Virus record (IMG/VR): IMGVR_UViG_3300020045_005072
Span: 1-29,319 of that record
Direction: 5' to 3' (one strand)
DNA length: 29,319 nucleotides
Source of the DNA: a virus
Taxonomy: Duplodnaviria > Caudoviricetes
Shown here: in pieces, positions 1-7,697 of the stretch
Layout: the number at the start of each line of letters is the position of its first letter
How positions within the stretch are numbered: position 1 is the first letter of the stretch
Position numbers and translations under genes: made by a program
Notes under the pieces: model-generated
Database searches by the model: none
What the model was told of the DNA's origin: nothing
The model's input: the letters and a program-made list of their open reading frames with translations, nothing else

Positions 1-2
1 CT

Positions 3-1571
3 AAACTCGGTTTCAACTTTAAACTCATTCGGTTTTGCTGGTGGCGTATTTGGGAAATATGTTTGACCGTATTCAATACCGTAGATAGTTTTAAAATCTA
101 CATTGCTTCGGTAATTGCTTGCTTTATGCTTAAAATTATAATAATTATAAGGATTGTTAACGCTTTTAGGAACTTCTTTTTTATCTGCATAAAGAGTGTA
201 ATCGCTTTCTAATTTAGTATAAATCTGATTTGGCATTTCAATATCGTCAGGTGTCAAAAATAATAGGTTTTCATCGCTTGGGCTACTGTCATAAATAGAA
301 ATATTAAACGTTTTAAATAAAGATTTTAAAAAATCAATGACTTTCATATTCGGTAAAGACTTTATTAAGTCAATTTTATATGAATTTGTAGCGTCTGAGT
401 TTAAATTTGTTGAATAACTACTAATTTTATCGCTTAAAACTGTACGATAAAGCACACGTGAACTGCTACTTTTCCAAAAAATAGGCTTTGAAACTCGAAT
501 ATTAGTGTAAAATTCAAACTCATTACTCACAAATAAGTAAATAGGTAGTGACATCGGCATTACATTATCGCCATTCTTAACTTCAAAGTCTTGCGTAAGC
601 ACTACATTATTATCAGATTTACGTACTATTTCAATGGTTGCTGTCGCTGTTTCTAATAAATCGCCTACAATAGTATCTATTAAGCTAATGCGATACTGAA
701 CAAAGAACACCCCGGAGTTTTTAGTTATCTTAATTGAATTATCACTTAAGTTTACAACTGCTTTACCGTGTGAACTTGGCTCTTCATTTGAATATTGCTT
801 ATTTAAAATAAATCTATTATTTAAACCACCAAAATTTTGACCGTTGCACCACATAAACAATTCTTTCAATTCGTCTTTAGCGGCTAATGGAATTTCAATA
901 TTTAGATTATATTTTGATTTGATTAGATTGATAATTGAAACTACATCAACACTCGGTCGTAATTCTCCAATATTAATAACTTTATCCTCTGTTGGGTCGT
1001 TACCTATTTCGTAGGCTATATTGTCAATATTTGGCTCGTTACTATCATAATTCCAAACTCTGTTGTTGGACCATAAAGGAATATAATAACGAATATTATT
1101 AATAATAGCCGTGCTTTTTAATCGATTATAAACATTATCTGCTTTCCAACTGATTTGGTTGTTATCGTTTGATAAATCGCTTATTAAATCCTCTCCTATA
1201 CGTTCCTTTAAAGATAAAAATTCAGTACTAAAAGAAACGGTAAAAGAATCCGATTTATCATTTTTATATTTGTTACCCTCGAGTTTTAAAATTCCCTGTT
1301 GATTTAAAATTCCATTAGTATAGATTTTACAAAACAATTTATTTTCAGTAATGGTTTTTTGAACTTCGGTATTTCCAAAAAAATCTAATGCAGCTTTATT
1401 TTTGTCAGTAGCTGGAATGGTAAAATTTTGACTAAAAGGCGCAAACACTTTTGTAATATCTTGTAAATCCTTTTTACTTAATTTCAAAGATATACTTTCG
1501 TCTTTGTATAAATCCAACTTAGTAAAAGTTAGATTGTCAATTGATACGTAAATTTCTGTGATTATAGTCAT
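3..1571 (-). CDS. Virion tail-tip/baseplate hub-like structural protein, 3'-truncated by the window edge (missing from ORF track)
   Basis: ATG at 1569-1571 overlaps the upstream stop (TAATG). Translates MTIITEIYVSIDNLTFTKLDLYKDESISLKLSKKDLQDITKVFAPFSQNFTIPATDKN...; the LDLY..ESI...QDI....FSQ.F.IPA...N pattern is typical of Bacteroidota siphovirus tail proteins. N-terminal ~130 codons translated by hand; the rest is assumed open to the edge. Confidence 0.7.
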   Translation of the reverse strand, partial: MTIITEIYVSIDNLTFTKLDLYKDESISLKLSKKDLQDITKVFAPFSQNFTIPATDKNKAALDFFGNTEVQKTITENKLFCKIYTNGILNQQGILKLEGNKYKNDKSDSFTVSFSTEFLSLKERIGEDLISDLSNDNNQISWKADNVYNRLKSTAIINNIRYYIPLWSNNRVWNYDSNEPNIDNIAYEIGNDPTEDKVINIGELRPSVDVVSIINLIKSKYNLNIEIPLAAKDELKELFMWCNGQNFGGLNNRFILNKQYSNEEPSSHGKAVVNLSDNSIKITKNSGVFFVQYRISLIDTIVGDLLETATATIEIVRKSDNNVVLTQDFEVKNGDNVMPMSLPIYLFVSNEFEFYTNIRVSKPIFWKSSSSRVLYRTVLSDKISSYSTNLNSDATNSYKIDLIKSLPNMKVIDFLKSLFKTFNISIYDSSPSDENLLFLTPDDIEMPNQIYTKLESDYTLYADKKEVPKSVNNPYNYYNFKHKASNYRSNVDFKTIYGIEYGQTYFPNTPPAKPNEFKVETEF

Positions 1572-2896
1572 TACCTTATATCGAGAATTGTGTTGTTTGT
1601 TACTTCAAATACTAATTTGTAATCAATTTTGTTTTTGTCGTTTACTCGGTTCTTTTTTTCAAAATCAGTATCTTTTAAAATAACTGGTATTTGTTCATGG
1701 CTTTTAAAAAATCCTAAATACTCACTCTCGATTGTTTCGGAGTCGATTGTAATAGTAGTATCGTCGATTGTAACGAAAGTATTATCGATTGTAATACCAA
1801 TTGTTGAAGTTTCTTGAAAGTCTCCTTTAAATCGTATTAAATAAACTTTTGGCGAATAAACTATTTGTCTTACTACTTCTACCATTTCTTCTGTCAATAC
1901 CCCAGTTTCGATTGTGTAAGTAGCCGTACTATCAATATCCGCTACATTTTTCGAATGAACATAACTTGTGTTTACTCTACTTGGATCACGGTGCGAAATA
2001 TTATTGTTTACTCTTTTAACATTTTCAACTACCATAACCTTTGAGTTAGGCGTAAACATTTGGTATAATCCGTCTTTGTCTAAGTAAACAATCAAATAAG
2101 GGTTTAAACTTTCTCTTAATAAAGTTGATGTTAAAGGTATTTTTAAAATAATATTGCTACTAGTTGCATCTTCTAACGCTTGGCTAAAATCAAACGATTG
2201 TTTAAAGTAGTCGTGTATTCTTTCGTCTTGCCACAAACTCGGTAATGTAAATGTTTCTTCGTTATTATAGCGATAACCTAAAGTAGCAAATGAGGTTCTG
2301 AAATTACGTTGCTCTATTGTGGTTGTAGTTTCTACATCCGCTTGAACTTGCCAAAATACACCCTGACCACTAACGGCTGCTAATCCTAATTCATTATAAG
2401 CAAAGTTAGGCTCGTTGTCTTTACCGATTATAAACGCTTTGATTTGCTCCGATATTTCAATATTAATATAATTGTCTTCGGCGCTTACTCTATCTTTTTT
2501 AAATACGTAGTTCGGACTTCCTAAAGGTTGGTCTAATGCACCACGCCACAACCATAAACGCAAAGTAACGTTTGTAATTCCTAATTCTTCTAATCGAATG
2601 TGAATAGGACTATTAACAAAAGAAACATCCTCTATACTTTCAATAGGTGTTATAATAACCGAATTGTCAATTACATTGCTTGTTTCTTGTCCTGGAAACA
2701 ATCTTAATCTAAATTTAGTATTTGGAGCAAAGAACTTCCCACAAGCTGGCGACGTTAAACTTAAAGTTAAATCACTTGTGTAAGTTAAAAAATCGTTTGT
2801 GCTTTGGTCCAGTATAACCAACGTAGGCGAACCAGTTATTGTAAATGCTATACATCCAGTTATTGAGTTGTAATTGTCTATTGTAACGGTTGCCAT
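1571..2896 (-). CDS. Tail structural protein (distal-tail/Dit-like), 441 aa
   Basis: Lies between gp10-like genes and a hub-like gene. C-terminal YLDKDG.Y..F...IVYSPKVY pattern resembles Bacteroidota phage tail proteins. Contains a TID heptad repeat. Confidence 0.55.
   Translation of the reverse strand: MATVTIDNYNSITGCIAFTITGSPTLVILDQSTNDFLTYTSDLTLSLTSPACGKFFAPNTKFRLRLFPGQETSNVIDNSVIITPIESIEDVSFVNSPIHIRLEELGITNVTLRLWLWRGALDQPLGSPNYVFKKDRVSAEDNYINIEISEQIKAFIIGKDNEPNFAYNELGLAAVSGQGVFWQVQADVETTTTIEQRNFRTSFATLGYRYNNEETFTLPSLWQDERIHDYFKQSFDFSQALEDATSSNIILKIPLTSTLLRESLNPYLIVYLDKDGLYQMFTPNSKVMVVENVKRVNNNISHRDPSRVNTSYVHSKNVADIDSTATYTIETGVLTEEMVEVVRQIVYSPKVYLIRFKGDFQETSTIGITIDNTFVTIDDTTITIDSETIESEYLGFFKSHEQIPVILKDTDFEKKNRVNDKNKIDYKLVFEVTNNTILDIR
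1728..1792 (-). repeat. In-frame TCGATTGT repeat x4 encoding TID/TIE heptads (ITIDNTFVTIDDTTITIDSETIE)
   Basis: tcgattgt at 1728, 1743, 1764 and 1785 (spacings 15, 21, 21). Confidence 0.8.
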
Positions 2897-3216
2897 TATT
2901 TTTTAAGTATTTGGTCGTTTATATTCTTTATGATATTTTTCGTTGCGTCTGGAATTAACTCTTTTGTTTTAATCCACAATGCATTTTTTTCTCCTGAGTT
3001 TACGCCACGTGGGTAATTGAAAGCTCCATAATACATTTGATATAAATTAAGTTCGGTATCGCTTTTCAATCTAAAGTTAACCTCGTCTTGTAACCTACCA
3101 GTATCACGTCGAAGTGTTGGACGTGCCTCATCAATAATTAGTTCGCCTACTTTTAAAAGTTCTTCTCTAATTATTTTATCAGCTTTTAATTGTCCTTTAC
3201 TCCTCCTTTTCGCCAT
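2896..3216 (-). CDS. HK97 gp10-like tail completion/neck protein
   Basis: EARPTLRRDTGRLQDEV matches the A....DTG.L..S motif of the gp10 family; basic N-terminus; tail gene context. Confidence 0.55.
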   Translation of the reverse strand: MAKRRSKGQLKADKIIREELLKVGELIIDEARPTLRRDTGRLQDEVNFRLKSDTELNLYQMYYGAFNYPRGVNSGEKNALWIKTKELIPDATKNIIKNINDQILKK

Positions 3217-3580
3217 CTTCTTTTTTACGTTTCTTTAATATTGCAGCAATGTATTTTTGTGTCATTGTTTTAGTAGTTGATGCCAATGCTTTTTTTTGAG
3301 TTGCTCTGCCTTGTTTAGTGCGTCCCTTTTCAAATGTTCCACCACCTAATTCGGTAAGTATGATTTTATAAGGAATACCACGAGGCATAAATTGCGAGGC
3401 TAATTTTTCTAACTGCGAGTTGTCGCCGTATTGTCCCCAGTATATCTGCCTAAAAATTACCTCGCCTTTAATGTAAGTAAAAGCAATTGAACGTTTCAAT
3501 GTACCTTGGTCAACTCTTGCAGTTGCTTTTGCTTTTGTAACTATTGATTGCGCAATTGCTCTTACTTCTTGTTCTTCCAT
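3197..3580 (-). CDS. HK97 gp10-like tail completion/neck protein (second paralog)
   Basis: KAKATARVDQGTLKRSI matches the gp10 motif (A.VD.G.L.RSI). Confidence 0.6.
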   Translation of the reverse strand: MEEQEVRAIAQSIVTKAKATARVDQGTLKRSIAFTYIKGEVIFRQIYWGQYGDNSQLEKLASQFMPRGIPYKIILTELGGGTFEKGRTKQGRATQKKALASTTKTMTQKYIAAILKKRKKEDGEKEE

Positions 3581-3732
3581 TAGTCAATCTTTTTAATCGA
3601 TTCTAAAAAGTTTTCAACGTCTGCGTGAGTTACATTTTCTTGGTTTAACTCACTTACTTTTTCTTTTCTCTCTTTTGATAATAAATAATTACCAAACTTT
3701 ACTAAGTCTTTTTTATTAAAATATGTTACCAT
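3580..3732 (-). CDS. Small conserved-looking phage protein, 50 aa (not in ORF track)
   Basis: MVTYFNKKDLVKFGNYLLSKERKEKVSELNQENVTHADVENFLESIKKID; stop overlaps the next ATG (TAATG); A-rich initiation region. Confidence 0.7.
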   Translation of the reverse strand: MVTYFNKKDLVKFGNYLLSKERKEKVSELNQENVTHADVENFLESIKKID

Positions 3733-3777
3733 TTTTCTATGTTTCAATGGTTATCCCTACTCTATAAGCTTTTCGGG

Positions 3778-3969
3778 TTACGCTATAATATAATTTTTTT
3801 CTAATGTAAATTCAATATCGTAATGTGTTGTTTCTTCGCTTCCACAAGTAAGGTAATAAATAATTCCGCTTGGTCTTATAATTATTCCAGTTACTATTCT
3901 TGCTCTTTGTTCTGAATCAGTTGCAAGAAATACTATTTGCCCTATATCAAATTTTGTTTTAATATCCAT
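3778..3969 (-). CDS. Small hypothetical protein (SH3-like beta fold possible)
   Basis: KFDIGQIVFL start; translationally coupled to the upstream gene (TAATG). Confidence 0.6.
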   Translation of the reverse strand: MDIKTKFDIGQIVFLATDSEQRARIVTGIIIRPSGIIYYLTCGSEETTHYDIEFTLEKNYIIA

Positions 3970-4418
3970 TACGCTTTTTGTTTATTGTGAATCGACAAAT
4001 CAAATTCAAATTGAAATCCATCACAACCACTTGCACCCCAATTCTTTAAAGGTTTCAATGTGGTTAGATTTTCAATCATTATGTTTTCATCATTATGCAA
4101 CCTTACAATATTATTTACAAATTTAACACAAATTGCGTGAGTTTCGTTTATATTGTCTAAATAATTTGTATCGGTCAATAACTTATTATTTGTTTTCTTT
4201 GGTTGAATATCTCGTTGAGTGATAACCGTTATTTTGTAGCTTCCGAAAATAGCATCAGGCAATATGTCCGACTCTGTCAAATCAATATTAACCAATGGAT
4301 AAATATTTTCTTTATTAGCATCGATATTTATTGTCGGAACTATCGAAATAGTATTAACTAAATTCTCACTCTCAAAGTGATTAATTATAAAATCGTTAAG
4401 TAGTTGTAGTTCATTCAT
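3969..4418 (-). CDS. Putative tail terminator protein
   Basis: 149 aa, acidic, YPLVNID motif, located between tail chaperone and gp10-like genes. Confidence 0.5.
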   Translation of the reverse strand: MNELQLLNDFIINHFESENLVNTISIVPTINIDANKENIYPLVNIDLTESDILPDAIFGSYKITVITQRDIQPKKTNNKLLTDTNYLDNINETHAICVKFVNNIVRLHNDENIMIENLTTLKPLKNWGASGCDGFQFEFDLSIHNKQKA

Positions 4419-4672
4419 AAGTTTTCAATATTTTTTTTCTTTAATAAGTATTGCCCTAAGTAAAGGAATTTTTCAGTATCCCACTTGTCTATTGCTTCCA
4501 TTTTAAAGAAATCCCCTTTGCAAAGTAAATACATTAATTCCATAAATCCGCCGTATTCTTGCGCAAATTCTTGTCGAGCCAACGAACCCTCAGTTACTTT
4601 GCCAACTGAAGACGTAGGTGGCGGATTATAGAGATACTCGTAAGGTTTCTTAATCTCGTTGACTCGTTGATA
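4415..4672 (-). CDS. -1 frame extension of tail chaperone (gpGT-like C-terminal part; not in ORF track)
   Basis: -1 frame open from 4711 to TGA 4415-4417: YQRVNEIKKPYEYLYNPPPTSSVGKVTEGSLARQEFAQEYGGFMELMYLLCKGDFFKMEAIDKWDTEKFLYLGQYLLRKKNIENL. Ends in an ATGA overlap with the next gene. Confidence 0.7.
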   Translation of the reverse strand, partial: YQRVNEIKKPYEYLYNPPPTSSVGKVTEGSLARQEFAQEYGGFMELMYLLCKGDFFKMEAIDKWDTEKFLYLGQYLLKKKNIENL

Positions 4673-5055
4673 AAAGACTGCATTATTTTTGTACCCTCGT
4701 ATAATGTGACTTTATTTACATCTACTTTACCAAACCAATACCAAGGGCGTAATATAGTTTCAAATAATTCTGTGTAAAGTTTATTATCAGCATAAGTAAC
4801 CGCATCAATAAAACCACCCGCCTTATTTAGTTTTGATAATCGAATATGATACGGAATGTACTTTGGCTTTTCAACATTTAAAGCTAAACTAAACTCTTGC
4901 ATATAGTCTTGAAAGTTATCTTTAACCTCAGGATAAAAGTATTCCATTGTTTTGTCTAAAATAAACTGAGCATCCTTAGGTCTGTCTGCAATTTCTTGCG
5001 AGAACTCCATAAACTTCAAATAAGGGATATCGTTAGTTGAATTATATTTTGGCAT
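4594..5055 (-). CDS. Tail assembly chaperone (gpG-like), zero-frame product
   Basis: 153 aa; overlaps a long -1 frame that exactly fills the gap to the next gene. Confidence 0.55.
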   Translation of the reverse strand: MPKYNSTNDIPYLKFMEFSQEIADRPKDAQFILDKTMEYFYPEVKDNFQDYMQEFSLALNVEKPKYIPYHIRLSKLNKAGGFIDAVTYADNKLYTELFETILRPWYWFGKVDVNKVTLYEGTKIMQSFINESTRLRNLTSISIIRHLRLQLAK

Positions 5056-5284
5056 TTTTAATAATTTTTCGGTCTAACTTTTGTGTTGATTGTTTTTCTG
5101 AACTTGTTACAAATACCTTTAATTCAGGTTGCTGATAAACATAAATAGTTCTAAGTTTCCATAATTCAACCACATCATTCGGGAACAACTCTTTGAATGT
5201 TTCTTCGCTCTGTAACTCGCTTTCTTCTAACTTTCTAAACTCCGTTTTAAGAAACGGAAAAAAATGTAATAAATGTTCTTTCAT
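5042..5284 (-). CDS. Hypothetical protein, 80 aa
   Basis: Fills the gap between terL and the tail chaperone with tight spacing. Confidence 0.6.
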   Translation of the reverse strand: MKEHLLHFFPFLKTEFRKLEESELQSEETFKELFPNDVVELWKLRTIYVYQQPELKVFVTSSEKQSTQKLDRKIIKNAKI

Positions 5285-5286
5285 AA

Positions 5287-6483
5287 CTATACTTGTTTAT
5301 ATTTTGAACTGAATAAATTTATAAATACAGAATAACCAGCTGCTTCTGTTATGTGGTCATAACCACTTTGTTTATCAGGAACTCCATCTTTGTAGCTTTG
5401 CTTTTCCAATGCTTCTGCAAACGTAGGACAAGCATCGTCATCAACAAATAATTGGTTTCTTTCAAATGCTAAATTAACCGCATTTACTCTTTCGCTTACC
5501 TTTGGATTTTTCTTTGGCGCATCGACTTGAAACAATGCTTTTTTAAGTATTCCAAAGTCAGACGAACCGCTTGTGCTTCGAGCGTTCCCACTTGCATCGG
5601 GGTTGATTCTTAATTTATGATTTGGATAACGTGCTTTCAATTGCTCAACTAAAGATTGGGTATTGTAAGCACTTGGTAATTCTGCAACGGCATACATTTT
5701 TCTATCTCGTTTGATAAAAATAACCGCATTCATATTGGTAATATTAAAATCCATACCGACATAAAGTATCTCGCCAGCTATTATCTTTTCATTATGTCTA
5801 TGTACTTCACGATTGTAAGAGCTATAAACGCTTTCGCTTGTGATGTTTACAAACTCCCCGTAAAGATATGCTTTTAATTGATTTGTTGTATACGTGTTCT
5901 TTAAATTTTCAATATATTCTTTTGGCAGCGTGGTGTTTGCTTCGGTGTTTGCGTGAATTATTTTCTTACTATCGTTTGCTTCTTTTTTAAAAAACTTATA
6001 CATAAACTTAAAACCCTCGGGAGTGCTCACGAAATCGAGTTTATTCTTTCCATTTGGTATAACCGCTCTATTTCTTGCAACAATCATATCAAAAGCCGTT
6101 TGCATTTTACGAATAGGTAATACATCCGCTTCGTCTATTATTGCATAACCAGTTTCATAACCTACAATCAAACTTGGATTATCCATTGACCGCAAAATTA
6201 TACGCCCAAATGGTGTTGTAAATTCTTTATTTGTTTCGTGCAGCTTATACGGAATGTTTCTTAAAGTCAAATACTCGGAAAAGTTCTTAAATGCAATATC
6301 ACGAATAAGCGGATATGTAGGTAAATAATAAGCAACATCGATATTCGGCATTGATAGTTTCATTTCAACGGTCTTTGCTATACCTATGAACGTTTTACCA
6401 CTACCATAACCACCAACAATAGCCGTATAGGTTTTATCACTTTGGATAAATTCCATTTGGTGGCTAAATAGTTCTACTTGCAT
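5287..6483 (-). CDS. terL: Terminase large subunit
   Basis: Walker A GGYGSGKT, Walker B AIIDEA, coupling motif STPEG, RNase H-like nuclease YVGMDFN...DH..EA.GY. Confidence 0.95.
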   Translation of the reverse strand: MQVELFSHQMEFIQSDKTYTAIVGGYGSGKTFIGIAKTVEMKLSMPNIDVAYYLPTYPLIRDIAFKNFSEYLTLRNIPYKLHETNKEFTTPFGRIILRSMDNPSLIVGYETGYAIIDEADVLPIRKMQTAFDMIVARNRAVIPNGKNKLDFVSTPEGFKFMYKFFKKEANDSKKIIHANTEANTTLPKEYIENLKNTYTTNQLKAYLYGEFVNITSESVYSSYNREVHRHNEKIIAGEILYVGMDFNITNMNAVIFIKRDRKMYAVAELPSAYNTQSLVEQLKARYPNHKLRINPDASGNARSTSGSSDFGILKKALFQVDAPKKNPKVSERVNAVNLAFERNQLFVDDDACPTFAEALEKQSYKDGVPDKQSGYDHITEAAGYSVFINLFSSKYKQV

Positions 6484-6986
6484 ATAAAAGTAACTGGTTC
6501 GACTATAACGCTCTTTTGCTTGTTGTCCTTTTCATAACCCCCTAAATGTTTCATTAACTTTTCAACTGCATCAAGTTTGGCAATTGTTTTTACTTTCTTT
6601 ACTTCGCCAATTGATTGACCAGCCATCTTAATTTCATCACTTGAAATCTCGGAAATCATTTGTCTTGCAATTAAAGGCATATCTTTTATATTAAGTAAAT
6701 TACCATTATCGTCGTAAAGGTCTGCAATATCAAAACGAACCATTCCCGAAAGAGTATTAACCAACTCATCAATAGTAGCTTTGTTTCGTTCGTAATGTTC
6801 TGCTTGTAGTTCTTTTATTCTTAGAGTTATATTAGGGTCGTTATGAACTCTACACGCTTCCACCGCAACCGTATTTGAGTTCATTGCATCAGCATCATAA
6901 CTCATTCGGTAAGCAGTAGATTGATTTAAACAAACTACATAGTTTTGACAATATAATTCTTGTTTATCTGTTAGTGCCATAGCCAC
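6474..6986 (-). CDS. terS: Terminase small subunit (likely start ATG at 6978-6980)
   Basis: LTDKQELYCQNY...N.STAYR.SY HTH-like N-terminus; KLDAVEKLMKHLG C-terminal motif; directly upstream of terL. Confidence 0.9.
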   Translation of the reverse strand: MAMALTDKQELYCQNYVVCLNQSTAYRMSYDADAMNSNTVAVEACRVHNDPNITLRIKELQAEHYERNKATIDELVNTLSGMVRFDIADLYDDNGNLLNIKDMPLIARQMISEISSDEIKMAGQSIGEVKKVKTIAKLDAVEKLMKHLGGYEKDNKQKSVIVEPVTFICK

Positions 6987-7001
6987 AAAACTACAAAATT
7001 A
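6986..7001 (-). promoter_or_regulatory. Tandem Bacteroidota sigma-A -7 elements (TAATTTTG-TAGTTTTG); terS transcript would be nearly leaderless
   Basis: Both octamers match TAnnTTTG; the ATG lies 5 nt downstream of the second. Confidence 0.55.
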
Positions 7002-7130
7002 TTCAATACCATACTCAAAAAATAATAACTTTTTCTCCATCTCCTTAGCTTTTTCGTAATTCCTATCAATATACGCTTGTCTTATATCTTTTTTTAGTTG
7101 TTCGAGTTTGTTTAGTTTAGTTGTTCGCAT
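6999..7130 (-). CDS. Small hypothetical protein, 43 aa (not in ORF track)
   Basis: MRTTKLNKLEQLKKDIRQAYIDRNYEKAKEMEKKLLFFEYGIE; fills the gap between VRR-NUC and terS. Confidence 0.5.
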   Translation of the reverse strand: MRTTKLNKLEQLKKDIRQAYIDRNYEKAKEMEKKLLFFEYGIE

Positions 7131-7453
7131 ATTAATTTTTGAAATTCTTTTAAACTTCTAATTAAATAATATTTAAAACCTAATAATTCAATTCTATTTT
7201 GAAAATTTTTTTGATTATCAGATTGAATGCCTTTTTCTGTCTTTACTTCAATGAATAATATCTTATTTGGTAAAAGTACAATTAAATCACTTGCACCTCT
7301 TAAAAGTCCAGTATTAATTTTTCTTTTAGTTTCAATTGGATTTATAGAATCGTTTGGTACTGAAAATATCATACACCTGTTTTCGTTATCTTTTAGGCAG
7401 TAATTATTGTTAAACCAAATAAAAATTTGTTGTTGAATATTATTTTCATTCAT
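7112..7453 (-). CDS. VRR-NUC (PD-(D/E)XK) nuclease / Holliday-junction resolvase-like
   Basis: E..IQ, VPN, G..RGASDLI, FIEVKTEKG.QS..QK.F motifs. Confidence 0.9.
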   Translation of the reverse strand: MNENNIQQQIFIWFNNNYCLKDNENRCMIFSVPNDSINPIETKRKINTGLLRGASDLIVLLPNKILFIEVKTEKGIQSDNQKNFQNRIELLGFKYYLIRSLKEFQKLICEQLN

Positions 7454-7454
7454 A

Positions 7455-7697
7455 ATGTAATTTTTAAATTATTGTTTTTCAGTTAGTTAAGTATAAAATT
7501 ACAAATGACAAAATATTTTTCACAGACTTTAAATATAAATTGTATTTTTCATTTATCCATATAAAAGTAAATAATGAAAGTGTATATATAGATTATAGTA
7601 ATATTTATGTAATTATGTAATTTTAGGGTTTAAGTATTGATTTTATTAGGGTTAAGCAATGACATTTGTTTTGTCACTTTTTGTCATTTTTGTCATT
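7455..7697. other. Putative replication origin (AT-rich, short direct and inverted iteron-like repeats)
   Basis: 240-bp non-coding gap right after the primase-helicase, with ATGTAATT x3, TTGTCA x3, and inverted AATGACA x2 and AATTACA. Confidence 0.5.

Noticed and set aside
7455-7697. CRISPR or mini-array
   Set aside because: Repeats are only 6-8 bp with irregular spacing and there are no cas genes.
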